64,000 nt of DNA from Octopus vulgaris (GCA_951406725.2 OX597816.1:105028001-105092000); one strand, 5' to 3'. Positions 27,985 through 42,750 are shown, counted from the stretch's first letter. Numbers and translations: made by a program. The notes: a model not told the origin generated them from the sequence alone.

Positions 27985-29580
27985 AGTGTATCAGTTGATT
28001 TATGCTATCGATTCGGTAAGGAAGTCGAGAGTATCTTCTCTTAGGAGCGGTCAACAAACCAGGAAACGGTCCTTCGTAGACTTTTCCCTATTCGGTTAAT
28101 CCTTATTCCATCATTATAAGTCTTACCATTGTTAACATTGTGATTTTCATGTAAAGAGCGGCAATTCATTAGAGAAATGAAACATATTTGTAAAGGGAAG
28201 ACACCTTTATTTTTGTCTTGAAGGCAAAAAGTTTATATTTTTTCTAGGTTTCGTGTTAGATTTCCTGGTATCCCTGTGCCACTGAATACACATAAGAAAA
28301 TATCTTTCTCAAAGGAGGAGGCGGGCAGCATTTAACTTGAATTTTAGTTTGTGTATACGTTGAACTTTTTTTCTATTTATATTGTCGCTCGTAGATTCAG
28401 CTAGTCTTCCAATAAAATTCACTGATGCAGGAATATAGTTAAAAGCTAGAAACTGGTATGTGTTTGATTACAGCATTGAGTTACTCAGAAGAACTGAAAA
28501 AATATTTAAACACTGTAAGGCATTATTGTGGTTTAAATAACAATATAAACACATTTTTCGATACTATTCATATGTGGGGGGAAAGGTAGTCTGACGAAGG
28601 ACCGTTTCATGGTTTGTTGATCGCTCCTAAGAGAAGATACTCGCGACTTCCTTTCCGAATCAATAGCATAAATTAACTGATTCATAAAGCGGTAGTGGAA
28701 TAGGGTAGTACTGTAGCACCCAAGTGGATAGCACAATACGCATGTTTGTACTTTTGATTGCTCATCAATTGCTGCTACTCTATTTTATTACTGCTCTGTA
28801 TAGAAGCTGACGTACGTTATTAATAGAAGGCCGGTTATGTCATCTCAGATAAGTGGTCAACAAACCGCAAAACGGTCCGTTAGGAAAGTCTCTCCTTTTC
28901 CCGTACATTGACAGTATAGAAACATTATATTTACATTGCCATTTAACTTATAAGTGGTATTTTGTAATGTTTTAATTTATTTCAGTTCTTGAAGTTGGTA
29001 GTTCTTGAGCCTAGGCAAGATTTTTTTCTCGTATTTAAGATATGATGATGTAGGGTGAGTCTTGAGTTTTTCAACTCACAGTGACTGCTGGTGCCAGAAT
29101 ATGCTTTAACTTCTGGAAAGATACACCATTTTATTTTGGATTTTTCCGAGAGTTTTTTTTCTCTGTCATTTAAAATCTCAAGGTTTTTCGAAAATAACAT
29201 GCATCACGCATTTTTCTGGATCTAAACGAATTGATGAGCTGCGTTTATGTTGTTTTAAAGATATTCTCGGTTAAGCTTATGTACGTTATCGCTATGCGTT
29301 CTACCGATTCTGTAACAGCTTTATCTAGTATTTCTTTTGGCAAGACTTTTCCATTTCTAAGACACTCCTAGTCGTGTATCAGCTTAGATTTTCTGTGTGG
29401 TATTTATACATTTGGAACTGTTAAATATTTGTAATGTTGTTGCTCATACGAGTATAGCTGGTCTTATATATTTAGGTGAAGATTGTATGATATTTGTATA
29501 AAGGGAGAAGTGCATACTAACGAGTCTACGGAAGCACTATTTTAGCTACATTACAACTATGGAAGGGTAGTTATACTAGA
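27985..29580. mobile_element. Probable decayed Penelope-like element with three degenerate hammerhead-like repeats
   Basis: About 100-bp inverted repeat (27988-28087 vs 28580-28685) and a third partial copy at 28842-28898, each resembling CUGAnGA gcggu-caacaa-accgc GAAA CG..GUC. Intervening DNA is only weakly coding-like. Confidence 0.45.
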
Positions 29581-29866
29581 TATTTTTCTAGTTTTACGCT
29601 TGAGCATATTTTGGGAGCGTGTCTATGTATTTGAGCTTAGTGATAAAAACCACTTCTAGCAAGAAATGTATTGTTGTAAAGGTCAGTATTGATAAACATT
29701 TTTCTATTCGATGATAGGTTACGCGTGTGTGTATATGTGCGTACGTGTGAGCATGTGGATGGATAGATATATGTCTGTATGTATATGTACATATATCTAC
29801 ATTTATATTACATAAATATATATATACACACGGGCATAATATATATATATGTATATATATATATAT

Positions 29867-29924
<58 letters not shown>

Positions 29925-30129
29925 TATGTATGTATGTATGTATGTATGTATGTATGTATGTATGTATGTATGTATGTATGTTTAGTAAGAGTGATAGAGA
30001 CAGAAGAAAAGAAAAAAGAAAGAAAGCGGAACAGTAAGAGAATACAAAAGAAATATTAGCTAATAGAACCAAACATGCCATCAGTCAAGACAAATGCTGT
30101 GATAAAATTTTTGGTCTAGGAGATAATAT

Positions 30130-31307
30130 TGTTACGAAACGGACTGGAATCGCCCGCCGTCGTCGCTCGTCCCGAACGGCTCACACAAGTTCCGCCACGG
30201 AACCCAAAGAGGCGGAGAGAGGAGATACAGATAGATACTGCCACAACCTCAACAGCACAGATATACAGAGGCACAACCCGAGATACAACCCAAAGAGGCA
30301 AGGCAACAACTGGCAACACTGGCTTATATTCAAACAACAGTTTATACGACAATCAATTGCTACACATCAAATACATTTAAGGCAAACAACAAATCAATAC
30401 ATCATACGGTATACCACAGATCAAAGCATTTAACAACATGCATGTAACAATATAACAGTGTTCAGTAACGACACAACAAGTCCAGATCAAATAATGTTCA
30501 CGATACGTCACAGTCCAATCAGAACACTTCGATACATTATACAATGTTCGTATCACAACAATTCACGTTACAATTCAACAAGTCCTTTACTCAATTCACA
30601 ATGTTCTTTATCGACCACATCGACAGAGTCCTTGACTGTTCAATACACAAATCACATACCTCAGTTCCTAATTGAATCTGCCAGTGTCCCATTCCTCTCA
30701 ATACTGCTAATTCCCTTCTGTGCCGCCAAGCTTTCTCGCATCCAACTTGCTCCTAAGAATTCCAACGCTTGCTCCTTAAATCCAAGGTTCCATCCACTCG
30801 CTCTGACCTCCAGAGTCCGTCCGTGTTCCTCGACGACCGCTCAACGACTGCCCAGAACCTCACTTCCTTGTCCTGACTTCCACTCCCTCATCTCCCTCTG
30901 TCTATATCGCTCCTACCCTTTCTAACTGCTCTCTGATTCCTTACTCTATCTATATCGCCTCAATCCCTTAGCCTCTCTATCTGTCCCTTACTGCTTATCC
31001 TTTCTATTTGCCCTCTGCTCTTACTCTATCGCTATCGCCTGCCAGACTCTTAGCCTCTCCATCCGTCCCTTACTGCTTATACTCTATCTCTATTTGCTCT
31101 CAGCCCTTAATCTGTCCCTTTTCTTTCACATTCTCCTGACCCTCTTCTCAGCCGCACGAGGTCACAGGTCATTCCAAAACCCATTAGTCCTCCATTAGAC
31201 AAAAGACTGTCACATTTTCACCAGACATACTGGAACCATATCCACGATGTGGGTCACCAGAAACACTACACTAATTAAACCCGAAATGCACTTAGCCAAC
31301 CGTAACA
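30130..31307. mobile_element. Solo LTR (Gypsy-like), 1178 bp
   Basis: Ends TGTTACG...CGTAACA; 4-bp TSD ATAT at 30126-30129 and 31308-31311; internal CT-rich tandem duplication at about 30925-31120. Confidence 0.85.
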
Positions 31308-31802
31308 ATATTTTGCTTTTCGCAAATTTTGAATCACATTGGTTTATTTAAATTCGAATTTTCATAGAATATAATCGCAGAGCTATTAATTGCACATTTT
31401 TAATTCAACAACTAAACAATCCTATGACAGTCAATATCATTAAAAATAAATCTAAGGCTGCGTGTTGTCTTTATATACTGAATAGTAACCATTAAGAGAT
31501 TCACGTACACGATTATAGTAAATGTGTAACATTAAGGAGAAAGTATGCATACACGCGCGCACGTGTATTTGTGTGTGTGTGTGCCTATGTATGTATACAC
31601 ATTCTCGTTATTATTAACCGTATATATAAATACACACACACACATATAGATATATATATATATACATACATACAAATATGCACACATACAATCATACATA
31701 TACATATACATAGTCAAGTATATATAAACGTATACACGCACACATATGTGTATGTTTATGTATCTATATATGTGCGTGTTTATGTTTGGTGTTTGTGTGT
31801 GC

Positions 31803-31873
<71 letters not shown>

Positions 31874-32931
31874 TATAGTGTTTTACTGAAGCTAAAGTCT
31901 TCACAAATTATTACTCCGAGTTTCACGTAACCTCTCCCACCTCTCTAGCTCTTTATCCGAACACACTTTCTTCTACACAAACTCCCTTATTTGGCCTTTC
32001 TGTCTTAGATGTTAATTACCCAAGAGATTAATGAGGGAATATAGATGCGTTTGATGTATAACGATAGTCGAATAATCGATGTTGATATAAGAGAGCAGGA
32101 AATGGTGCGTGGAGGACAGGAGCACAGTAGATAAAAGGATGTCAGAGATTGTTGTTAAAAGGGTCTTTGCAATAATCATAAAAGGGTTTCGTTGAGGGTA
32201 ATTGAAGAAATGTGAGAGACCAGTGGAAATAGTATCTGAACTAAAAGAACTTGGGCAGGAAGAGATTTTGAACCAGAGATACGGGAAATATTTGCTGCTG
32301 ATGGCTATGCAAAAGACACAAGATGTGATGGGAGTGAACAAAGGGAAATTTAGATATGAAGGCTACCTTGAATAACAGACAATATATAATATGTGCGTGT
32401 GCATGAGTATATATGTGTGTGTGAGTATGACATTATTTCACATATAGCTAACATTGCGAGTCATTCCTTTGATCGCCTGTTGACTCATAATCACAAGGAT
32501 TTCGATACCATCTAATACCTCCCTCCAGTAGTACCAAGGACCATTAATATTACAGCTACATGCCGCCGTATTTTGTCTTTCAGTTAGTTAAAGATCTTTT
32601 CCTTCACTGATAACTGAGGTCTTTTTTTTTATCACATTCTGCTTCTTCAATATCGTGAATTAAAATTCTCTGGTATGTATTACTAATATTAAGAATAATC
32701 AGAAAATTTTTATTTTATCCAGACTCGTATTTTTTCGGCTTTTAGACGTCTCACTCTGTTAATCCTACAACGCTCCAACCGATAAGTTCTTTCAGTTCAG
32801 GTTGACGTCTGTTATTTAAACAACCTTTCTCACTCTCTTTCTTGACTATATTATAGCCTAATTCACAAGAATAATATAGCATCATATAACGTTTAACCTT
32901 TGCTACTTGAAACCCTACCACTAGAAATATG

Positions 32932-33414
32932 GATTTCAAATTTTGGCACAAGGCCAACAAGTTCTAAGGAAGAATTAAGTCGATTACATTGACCCCAGTG
33001 TTCTACTGGTACTTATTTTATCGACCCCGAATGGATGAAGAGCGAAGTCCACCTCGGCGAAATTTGAACTCAGAACATGAAATCGGACAAAATGTCACTA
33101 AGCATTTTGCCCGGCGTGCTAACGGTTTTGCCAGCTTGACGCTTTCCTGTCAATAGAAATATTAAAGGTCATTCTGCAGCAATACTTATTTCTTTATTAC
33201 CCACAAGGGGCTAAACATAGAGAGGACAAACAAGGACAGACATAGGTATTAAGTCGATTATATCGACCCCAGTGCGTAACTGGTACTTAATTTATCGACC
33301 CCGAAAGGATGAAAGGCAAAGTCGACCTCGGCGGAATTTGAACTCAGAACGTAGCGCCAGACGAAATACTGCTAAGCATTTTGCCCGGCGTGCTAACGGT
33401 TCTGCCAGCTTGAC
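32932..33414 (-). mobile_element. Two SINE family A copies (older 32932-33143, younger 33187-33414)
   Basis: Both cores recognisable; 89-bp duplication at 33098-33186 / 33372-33460. Confidence 0.9.
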
Positions 33415-34402
33415 GCTTTCCTGTCACTAGAAATATTAAAGGTCATTTTGCAGTAATACTGTACAGCCCCAATCTCATAAAGCGTGGCGGTAAACCAAGC
33501 CACTCTCATCGGAACTTGCTACCGCACTTTTACATTTCTCTATTCTTGTCAGCGATATCTCAAGCCCTTGGAGTGACTATAATGTCCTTATCAAAGACCA
33601 TGTTGGAAGCACACGTTTTCAAAGTTAGGTGAAATTATTTCAAATGGGAATTGAAACAATGATGACAACTTGACTCGTAAAGAGCTCGCTTCTTCCACTA
33701 TAGCGTTCGCTTCTAGTGTAAAATGTTAAAACTAGAATCAAAGTGCAGCTAAGAGATATAACTGGTTTCTGTATGATACTTATTTATTCGATTTTCGAAA
33801 GAAGAATGGCAAGGTTGATGCAAGTAGTATTTGAACACCGAACATCAGAAATTAAGCTACGTATGATATTTAATCCCATGATCAATCGTTTAGCGAGGTT
33901 TTAATATTTCTTGTATAAATAATTGGTTTCTAACCTTGATAGAAAGCTATAAGTATAGTAGATTTTTCCTAAGCCCAGGAGGGATGATAAACAAAGCCAA
34001 TCTCCTTAAAATTTGATCTTAAAATGTATAAAGAGACGTAACTAAATCCTGCAAAGCATTAATTTGTTCCAAAAGTGCATTCTTACTGACATTCTACCGG
34101 CCGTTCTGTTTCACTAAAGTAGCATACAGCAAAAATACAAAAGGAAACACGGATACCTAGAAGAAAATATTAGTAAAATGTAATTGAGAATAGGTAGACT
34201 AATAGCAAATATTAAATTAACGTCTGGATCTAGATAATAGATTATCAATACACTTATTATTCCAGTTATTAATTATCATTTCAACGTAATAAACCGAAAA
34301 CTAATTAATTTGAAAAAATGCTTAGAAAAATGACAAAAACTTGAAACTATAATTTTTCGAAGTTTACATAAGAACATTAGTTTTTAATACTTTCAAATGA
34401 AA

Positions 34403-34804
34403 AGGCAACGAGCTGGCAGAAATGTTAGCACGCCGGGCGAAATGCTTAGCGGGATTTCGTCTGTCTTTACGTTCTGAGTTCAAATTCTGCCGAGGTCGAC
34501 TTTGCCTTTCAGAGTCGATAAATTAAGTACCAGTTTCGTACTGGGGGTCTATCTAATTGACTGGCCCCACCTCTCCAAAAATTTCGAGCCTTGTGCCTAG
34601 AATAGAAAATAATTGTTAACACTCTGGACGCTTAGCGGCAGTTCTTCCGGCTTTACGTTCTATGTTCAAATTCCGCTGTCGTCAACTTTGCCTTTCGTCC
34701 TTTCGGAGTCGATAAAATAAGTTCCAGTGGAGCACTGGGATCGATGTAATCCACTATCTCTGTTCCCCCACAAAATTTCACTGCTTGTGCTTATAGTAGA
34801 AAGA
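34403..34804 (+). mobile_element. Two SINE family A copies
   Basis: Head and core at 34403-34610; 5'-truncated copy at 34630-34804. Confidence 0.85.
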
Positions 34805-35734
34805 ATATATACTGTTTAGGATAATTGTTAGTGCAATCGTATGGTAAACAATAGTTAAGCGGTTCGCTCCTTGTGCTAGGATCAGCTCTACTTTCCAGCG
34901 TGCAGCCCAAGCTGTGTGGATTCGAAATTTGTATCGCAACACCTGACGCTTTTTTTTTCTGCATTTTCATTCCTTTACTATTGGATAGTTAACCCCAAAA
35001 CAGCTATTTATAAGACAGAGTACCTGAGTCTATTTTACTGCTTTAAAATAATCAAGAATAAGTGAAACGCGTGTCCATCCTGTGCAGTTATTTGGCCAAT
35101 TCACTATGAAAACCCAACTGAACAAAGTACTGAAGTCGAATCATAACTTAAACTCTTAATGACAGTGATCTAGTATGGCTGCAGCCCAATGACTTAAATT
35201 AGTAAGAAGTAACTATGGTTCTTTTAGATATCTTATTTCTGTTGTTATCTATTTGCTTTCCTCTTTAAAAGGTTATTACCTTTAACAACGGAAGAAATTT
35301 CTAACCTCGTGATTACGAATTTTGTACAATCCATCACCATTTATTAAAAAAATGAAACGTTGTCCATGATACACCTTTATTGATATCTTTCTTAAACACA
35401 TAATCTATCCGAAAACACGGGTTTCTTCAATGTGACTGAACATAATTTTTATTAATTACAGATGACGTACAGTTACTTCTATCTGCTGTTTTACCACTGC
35501 AAAGCAGTTGTTGTGGATCACTGATGATTTACAGCGTATTCACTATACCTTTTCTGCCACTTCAAAACACGTTACATCAATGTTACTGAATATAATATGA
35601 TGTTATGCTCACTGTCGATGTATCTGCCTTTTGTAATGCTACTATAACTGTATCTGTATCTCAGAATTAAAGGAGCTGGTAGTGCTTAACTGCGTAATTC
35701 ATCAACTTTAGCTCATTTGCAACATGCACATATA

Positions 35735-35953
35735 TTTATTTACTACCCACAAGGGGCTAAACATAGAGGGGACAAACAAGGACAGACAAAGGGATAAAGT
35801 CGTTAAGATCGACCCCAGTGCGAAACTAGTACTTTATTTATCGACCCTGAAAGGATGAAAGGCAAAGTCGACCTCGGCGGAATTTGAACTCAGAACGTAA
35901 CGACAGACGAAATACGGCTACGCATTTCACCCGGCGTGCTAACGATTCTGCTG
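35735..35953 (-). mobile_element. SINE family A
   Basis: High similarity to the 25079 copy. Confidence 0.9.
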
Positions 35954-37524
35954 CACGTACACACACATACACATACCGCATGAAATGTTATACTCACACT
36001 CTAGAGTTGCAACGCTGTGGAATTCCTTCCAATCTGCCCCATATTTTTGTTCTTGCAGATATTGGCTTGCAGACTTTCGAATTTAAAATCCACTACCTGA
36101 ATTTCACTTGACTATAACAAACTGCAATGTTCATGGGCACTGAACCTCTTCTTCTAACTAATTAATTAAAACAAAGCAATGCACTGCCTTGTTCTGCAGA
36201 AGACCAAAATATTTGTTCAATAAGATTGACGCCTTACAATTGTAGGTTCGAATAATGCTCGAGGTTGATGAAGTTATTTTTCTGTTGTCGATAAGTGCCG
36301 GTTGTTGTTTTTTTTTTTGCTGTCGTCTATGCCGTTGTTGTTGTTGCTTTTATCGTCATTGGTTTCTTTGTTGTTGCTGTTCTTTAGTTTCTGATCAGCT
36401 CTGATGGAACAGACTTATGATCAAAGTTATTCCAGTCGTGACCACCCCGTATTTTTCAGACATACAGTAACCAGGACTATATTATTTAATCTGTCCGTTT
36501 CTAAAGACCGTGCTATATCTTGAGGAGCATCTGACTAATGTTACCTCCAACAGATCACTCAAGTAGATTGCATAATATCAAGAAAACTTCAAGTGACTTT
36601 CACACCTATATTCAATCAAAATCCAAGACCATCTTCTGTTGTTCCCAAGCACTAGTGTACATAAAACCATAATATCAGACGTGTTCTTTTTTCATCAGTA
36701 AGGTATCCTTGTTGGAGTACTATTTTCAGTGAGTATCATGAGCAACTACATTGTGTCTCCTCGTGAAAGGTCGCATCAGATACAGTAGCTTAGTTATAAG
36801 GAAAGAACTGTTCAAACAATTATATTTGAAAGCTTTCCTTTTCTCCATTCAATCTACTAACACTTTGTGTCTAAAATGGCGCCGTTCTGGTCCAAATTAA
36901 TGAGTTTCTTTTAAATCTCATCTCATTTTTTATTCAAAATAGAAGCAGCTCGTACAAAACAACCGCTTGTAGTCACTATTCCTCTAACAAATGGCTAAAT
37001 ATTAACATCTATCATATTTCCCCTAACATATTGTATATTTATTTATGTCTTCGTTATCAATTTCTAGTTGTTGTAAAAGTTGTTGTTCTTAGTTTCCTTT
37101 GCTATATTTCCAGCAGCTTCATTAGAATAATCCATATGTTTTCTATGTTTACTATAAGCTAGCTGGTTTTTGTATTTTTTGAATCATTTTCTAAGGATTA
37201 TTTTAAATAATTAATTACTTTAAAAACAGGTAAAGAATAAATAAAATATAAGAAATATGAAATGATACGAAATGAATTTTTAAAAAAATGCTTATATATC
37301 TTTTTACTGAAAGAGAATGCTTTTGACATCCCTGTTGCTTAAACCGTTTCTTACTGCCATTCACATGTATTTCTAATGCCTATATTAATAAAATTCCAGA
37401 AAACAGTCGAGAATAAATTTGGTTAATATATTTTTTTTTCTTCATCTGCATATAATTTCAGAAATTTTGAATAGATTTATACTTTGTCATATACAGCTAT
37501 GAATTATTTTCCACAATCTCCCAG

Positions 37525-37526
<2 letters not shown>

Positions 37527-37596
<70 letters not shown>

Positions 37597-37608
37597 CAAC
37601 AACAACAA
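37527..37608. repeat. (AAT)n then (AAC)n microsatellite
   Basis: Directly visible. Confidence 0.95.
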
Positions 37609-37762
37609 AAACATCGCCATTTCGAACACATTGAAATAAGTCATTCATTTATTCACTGTTTTATAACTAATTGTTCTGCTTTCCGCTGCAGAAGAAAGGA
37701 ATCATTCATAATTCCCTTAGTTTCCAGTGCCCAATACAGTGTGTGCGTGCTTGTATAAATGT

Positions 37763-37805
<43 letters not shown>

Positions 37806-39996
37806 TGTGTCTGTGTCTGTGTGTACGTGTGTGTGTGTATGTATGTATGTATGTATGTATGTATGTATGTATGTATGTATGTACCAGTTGACGTTTTACT
37901 CAACACTAACTTCATCTGCAGATTTGCAGGACAAAATTCTAAAGAACTTTAACATCAAGTTTTCATTTTTGAGATGTTCTATGCAATATTTTCTTTTAAA
38001 ATTTATTTCTCTTTTTGCTTATTTTATTATGTATTTTACTCGATTTTTGACCGACAACAGCATTTCCTTGGCGTTTTTTGTTTATTTTTTCTTAGATTCA
38101 TGTCATTTCAATTTTACTGCTATATTGATGATATTATAATAAGCTGATTAAAGAATACCAGATAGCAAAGAATATGAGATTTAGACTTTAGAACTGATAA
38201 TGACTATAATGACAAAAGCTTCGATTTATCTAATGCGCTATTTACTATTTGTTAACACTATTTGTTCTGTATCTCTCTGTTGGTCACTAATGTAAAATGG
38301 CCTTCGCAGATGTATGATCCATTTATTTATTTTGTTGTTTTTTTTGTTTTCTGACGTATATCTGAAAGCTTTATCCACAAAGTCAAAGTTCAGAAAGACG
38401 TTTGTCAATCAATTTAACACTTAACGCGTTTAAACATATGAAACAATAAGTAAAACTTAATTTTTAAAATTGATGAAGGAATTGTTCGTTAAGGTTATGT
38501 AAGCTGCTTATGAGGTTTGATGTTTTTTCGAAACGATTTTAGTATGTTGGTTTTTTGATGTTTTTTTTTTTACATTGGTGCCAAATCATAGATTGATATG
38601 AGTGAAAGTTTTGTCGATTTAAGCTCTTCATAACATATTACTGGTACTTATCGGCTCTGAGTGAATGAAAATAGAATGAGTCCCCGGAAAGATACCTCAG
38701 AACATAAAATAACTTAAGTAGATAGCGCAAGTTATTTTTCCATTACTGCATTATTTTGCTATCTATCATATTTTGTTCACTTTTAAAATACTTTCCTAAA
38801 AAATCTATGCATAATTTTATATTGACAAACTCAGTGCATAAATTTAAGTGTAAAAAATACGCGAAATGACAAATATCTTTAAAATTCAAATTGGACAAGT
38901 CTCAGCAAATCTTAACAGCCATTGTAATGAGCAGCTAGAGAAAGTTGTCAGATCCTGAAAAGTAAATCTGGCATCAAATTTTGCTTTCGGGTTGAAGCTA
39001 ATTAACCTCTCATATTATGCTAATCTACTTGAGAAATTCATGAATGTCATTCCACCTTGTTAAATCTTTTAATTAAAGACCCCTTAATAATGGTAACTAC
39101 TTGGAGCAGCTACATTATTTGTGATACCTACTGACATTAGTAAATTAAATATCACATCTACAGTGCTTACTTCGATCAGGTGAATTCTATTTTATCATAG
39201 TACCTGTTTAAAATAGTGAGGTGCATGCTGTTCTATGTATCAACTAATTAGATCTTTTCTTTATTATCTACTTACAGCAGTGAATTAAAAATGACTCCCG
39301 TAGCACCTGCTTAAAAATGAGTGTGTTTAGTCAATGAGAGTACGTTTCTTGCCCTCTTACATAGCCCACTACCCACTTGCCCCCCATTTGAACCCAAGCT
39401 CTTCCTAATGAATATCTTGTATTGACTCAACACTCTCATTAGCTATGTATTAAATAATTTGAATCTTAAATTAGAAATCGTGACCAGGTCGTGAACCCTG
39501 TGTGCTAAGAGCTTAGTGTCTACAATAGAGCATTCGGCCGCTGACAGAAAGAACCGTACATGTCCCAACTATTTCTCTTATTTTGTTGTATAGCAAAAGT
39601 GGGAGCGAGAAAAGCATACTAAACAAGATCATAAAAGTAAATGGAAAATTAGATTAGTGAAATCTTCAAACAAGACGAGAACATTAAAATGGGTTTCAAA
39701 AACAGTATTTGAGGTAAATACGAATGGGGAGAAAAAGGAATCCGGATTAAAAATAGAAAGTTGGGGAGAAAAAGGAGGCCTCCAAATATGAATTACATTT
39801 TTTTTTAAATGATACTGAGCATAAAGAAGCTGACACTTCAGTGATAAATATGAGTAACTTTAAAACAGAATGATGAAGGGGAAATGATGACGGGTGTAAC
39901 AGGAAAAACTATAGAAATAACGTATATGAAAGTCATACACAGTATTGTATCAGTGAAGGCCAATAGTGAGCATATGAAATATTTCATTCATATATA

Positions 39997-40142
39997 TAGG
40001 GTTGGCCAAAAGTTACCTGGCAGTCAATCAAAGTCATTGAATTCCAAGATTAAAACAAAAGACCATTTTATATGAGACGTCGCTAATAAACAGATGTCGA
40101 AAAAAAAAACGTGATTTTAACTCGTGATTTTGGCAAACCCTG
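39997..40142. mobile_element. Tc1/mariner-type MITE
   Basis: TIRs tagggttggccaaaagttac / gtgattttggcaaaccctg flanked by TA. Confidence 0.7.
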
Positions 40143-40708
40143 TATGTATGTGTGTGTGTGTACAAAATTTAGAGAATGAAGTAGATAAAATCCAGGCTAC
40201 ATATTCATAGCAAGTAAATTGTCCAAATACGGGATAGAAAATAAGCTACACTTCAGGCCAAGTATAACATGATGATATGAAGTTTATATTGCCGTTAGGA
40301 GACCCGGTGTAAACTCGTTGGGGATTCGATTGAGGTTCCGCTAGCTACAAAACATATGCAACCTGGATTTTATGGAATCCATTCCCTCGATTTTGGATGT
40401 TTATTCGCATAAACAATATGTTGTAAGCGTGAACTATAGAATTAACTTTTTTCAACTTACCGCACTTCGGTACGGGAAAAATTCACAACCTTCTGCGCCA
40501 ACAAAAAAAAATTGCTCCTGAAAGTTGTTTTTCAAAATCTTCTACGGATTGCTTGGAGCCCACTAACTTCCGACATCTTCATCCTTGGATCTTACTTCTA
40601 CATATATATATATATATATATATATTTATGTATTTATACATGTATGTATATATATGTACGTATATATGTCTGTATATATATGTATATATATATATGTATA
40701 TATGTATG

Positions 40709-40740
<32 letters not shown>

Positions 40741-40764
40741 TTTATATATATATGTATATATGTA

Positions 40765-40800
<36 letters not shown>

Positions 40801-40903
40801 TATATGTATATATGTATGTATATATATGTGTATATGTTTATATGTATGTATATATGCATATATATATGTATATATGTACGTATATATATATATGCATATA
40901 TAT

Positions 40904-40953
<50 letters not shown>

Positions 40954-40956
40954 ATG

Positions 40957-40987
<31 letters not shown>

Positions 40988-41678
40988 ATGTGTGTGTGTG
41001 TGTCTGTGTCTGTGTTTATGTATATAGTTACAGTATGCCTATGCCCTAAACATGTAAACTAACTTTGAGAAATTATTTCACAATTTCTTGAAATTACTTT
41101 TTCTTTTTAAGTTGTTAACACCTGCTGCTAAATTTTCAGAAACACTGATCTAGAACATAATTATCCTATATGCATCTGCTTTTAAGACGGAAATACGTTT
41201 CTGAGAGACATTTGGCTACTATTTTTAGCAGTGACCACGGATTTGTTATGGAAATGTCATGTCAATTCTAACTAAGCCGACCCATGACCAAACTATTCTA
41301 TCCCTGACTATTCAGCCTTTATTTAAGATAACGTGTACGTAAGACTGCATTGCCTAATGTGTTGTTGGTGTTGCTTAGCTTCGCTTCAACTCTAACTCAG
41401 CAGACTTCAGAATAAAAACATTCCGACCGCGATCATTCTGTCGCTTTTTCAAATATAGCATAAGTGTGACTACATTAAGCAATGCATCTTTCCGTTTTTA
41501 TTATGGTAGACTATGAGTTAAGGACAGTTCGGCTACTATATCTAGTAAACCAGGTGATCATGTAAAGGATTCCCGTACCATGAAATAAAATCGTCGGTCT
41601 AACTTGAAGCTTGCTTTTTGTTATATATTTTTCCTTCAGTGCTGTACCCTGTCTAATCTTATCCGTGCGTATATTTGA

Positions 41679-41714
<36 letters not shown>

Positions 41715-42750
41715 TGTATGTATGTATGTATGTATGTATGTATGCATGCATGCATGCATGCATGTATGTATGTATGTATGTATGTATGTATGTATGTATG
41801 TATGTATGTATGTATGTATGCATGTATGTATGTATTTTATTTTACCAACACCATCTTAATTGTAAATTAATGACATGCTTACTTTTTTTCTTTCATCTGC
41901 AGCCTTAAAGACCAAAAACAGAATTTGATACGATCAAACGCTGTCCACGACAAATCAACTCATTCAAAGATCTATGCAACATAACTAAAACTATTCACTT
42001 CAAATGTGCAGTGCAGAAAACATGAACAAGATCAAAAACGACCATGTGATAGAGCGATACCCATGGCTAGAATGCAGAACACACGGACAATGATTTCACC
42101 CAACAATATAATGTTGTTGTTTATTTATTTTTAAAATGGCTATATTGTAAACAAGAAAGTATTTATTCTAATCACCAAACATACTGCTTGCCATTTTAAT
42201 CAATTCAGAGGAATTTTATTGAGCAATTTCAGAATATGCATACATTAATATATGACAATACTCTGCTGCCATTTCTGATAAAAAGAAAACTCATATTTCA
42301 AAAATTAAACTATATTTTAAATAGCAAATTTTACAAATGAATTGAAGCAGCAAAGTAATTATTTACTTCAGTGTATGAAAGCATATAAATACATATGTTT
42401 CAAACATAACTGACCATGCTGTAGGCAAAACAAATTTTGGGTTTGTATAACCCACTACCTCGAAACTTCGGCAGATGAAGTGTACGGCAATGATTCTACG
42501 GGTTTCCAGCAGAGTGGTTCTCCTTGTGATTCCTTATGATTTGCTGCATGCAATTTAAAAATAGTAATAAACAAAATATAATGGTCATACACTAATTTGA
42601 AGCTGAACACCAGTGATGAAAAGATATATTTAATTAAAAGCTAAAAGTAACAGGAAAATTATTACCGTATATAAAAATATAAATATATACATATATATAT
42701 GTATATATATATAGAAAATTATTACCGTATATAAAAATATATATATATAC

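Noticed and set aside
35515-35570. CTGATGA hammerhead-like motif
   Set aside because: No stem II and no GAAA with matching stems.
35460-35680. Exon-like segment with AG and GT ends
   Set aside because: All three frames contain stop codons and there is no recognisable protein.
40160-40600. Microsatellite-flanked insert with short inverted repeats (taaaatccagg / cctggatttta)
   Set aside because: May be an old PLE-like piece, but no ribozyme core or direct repeat could be found.
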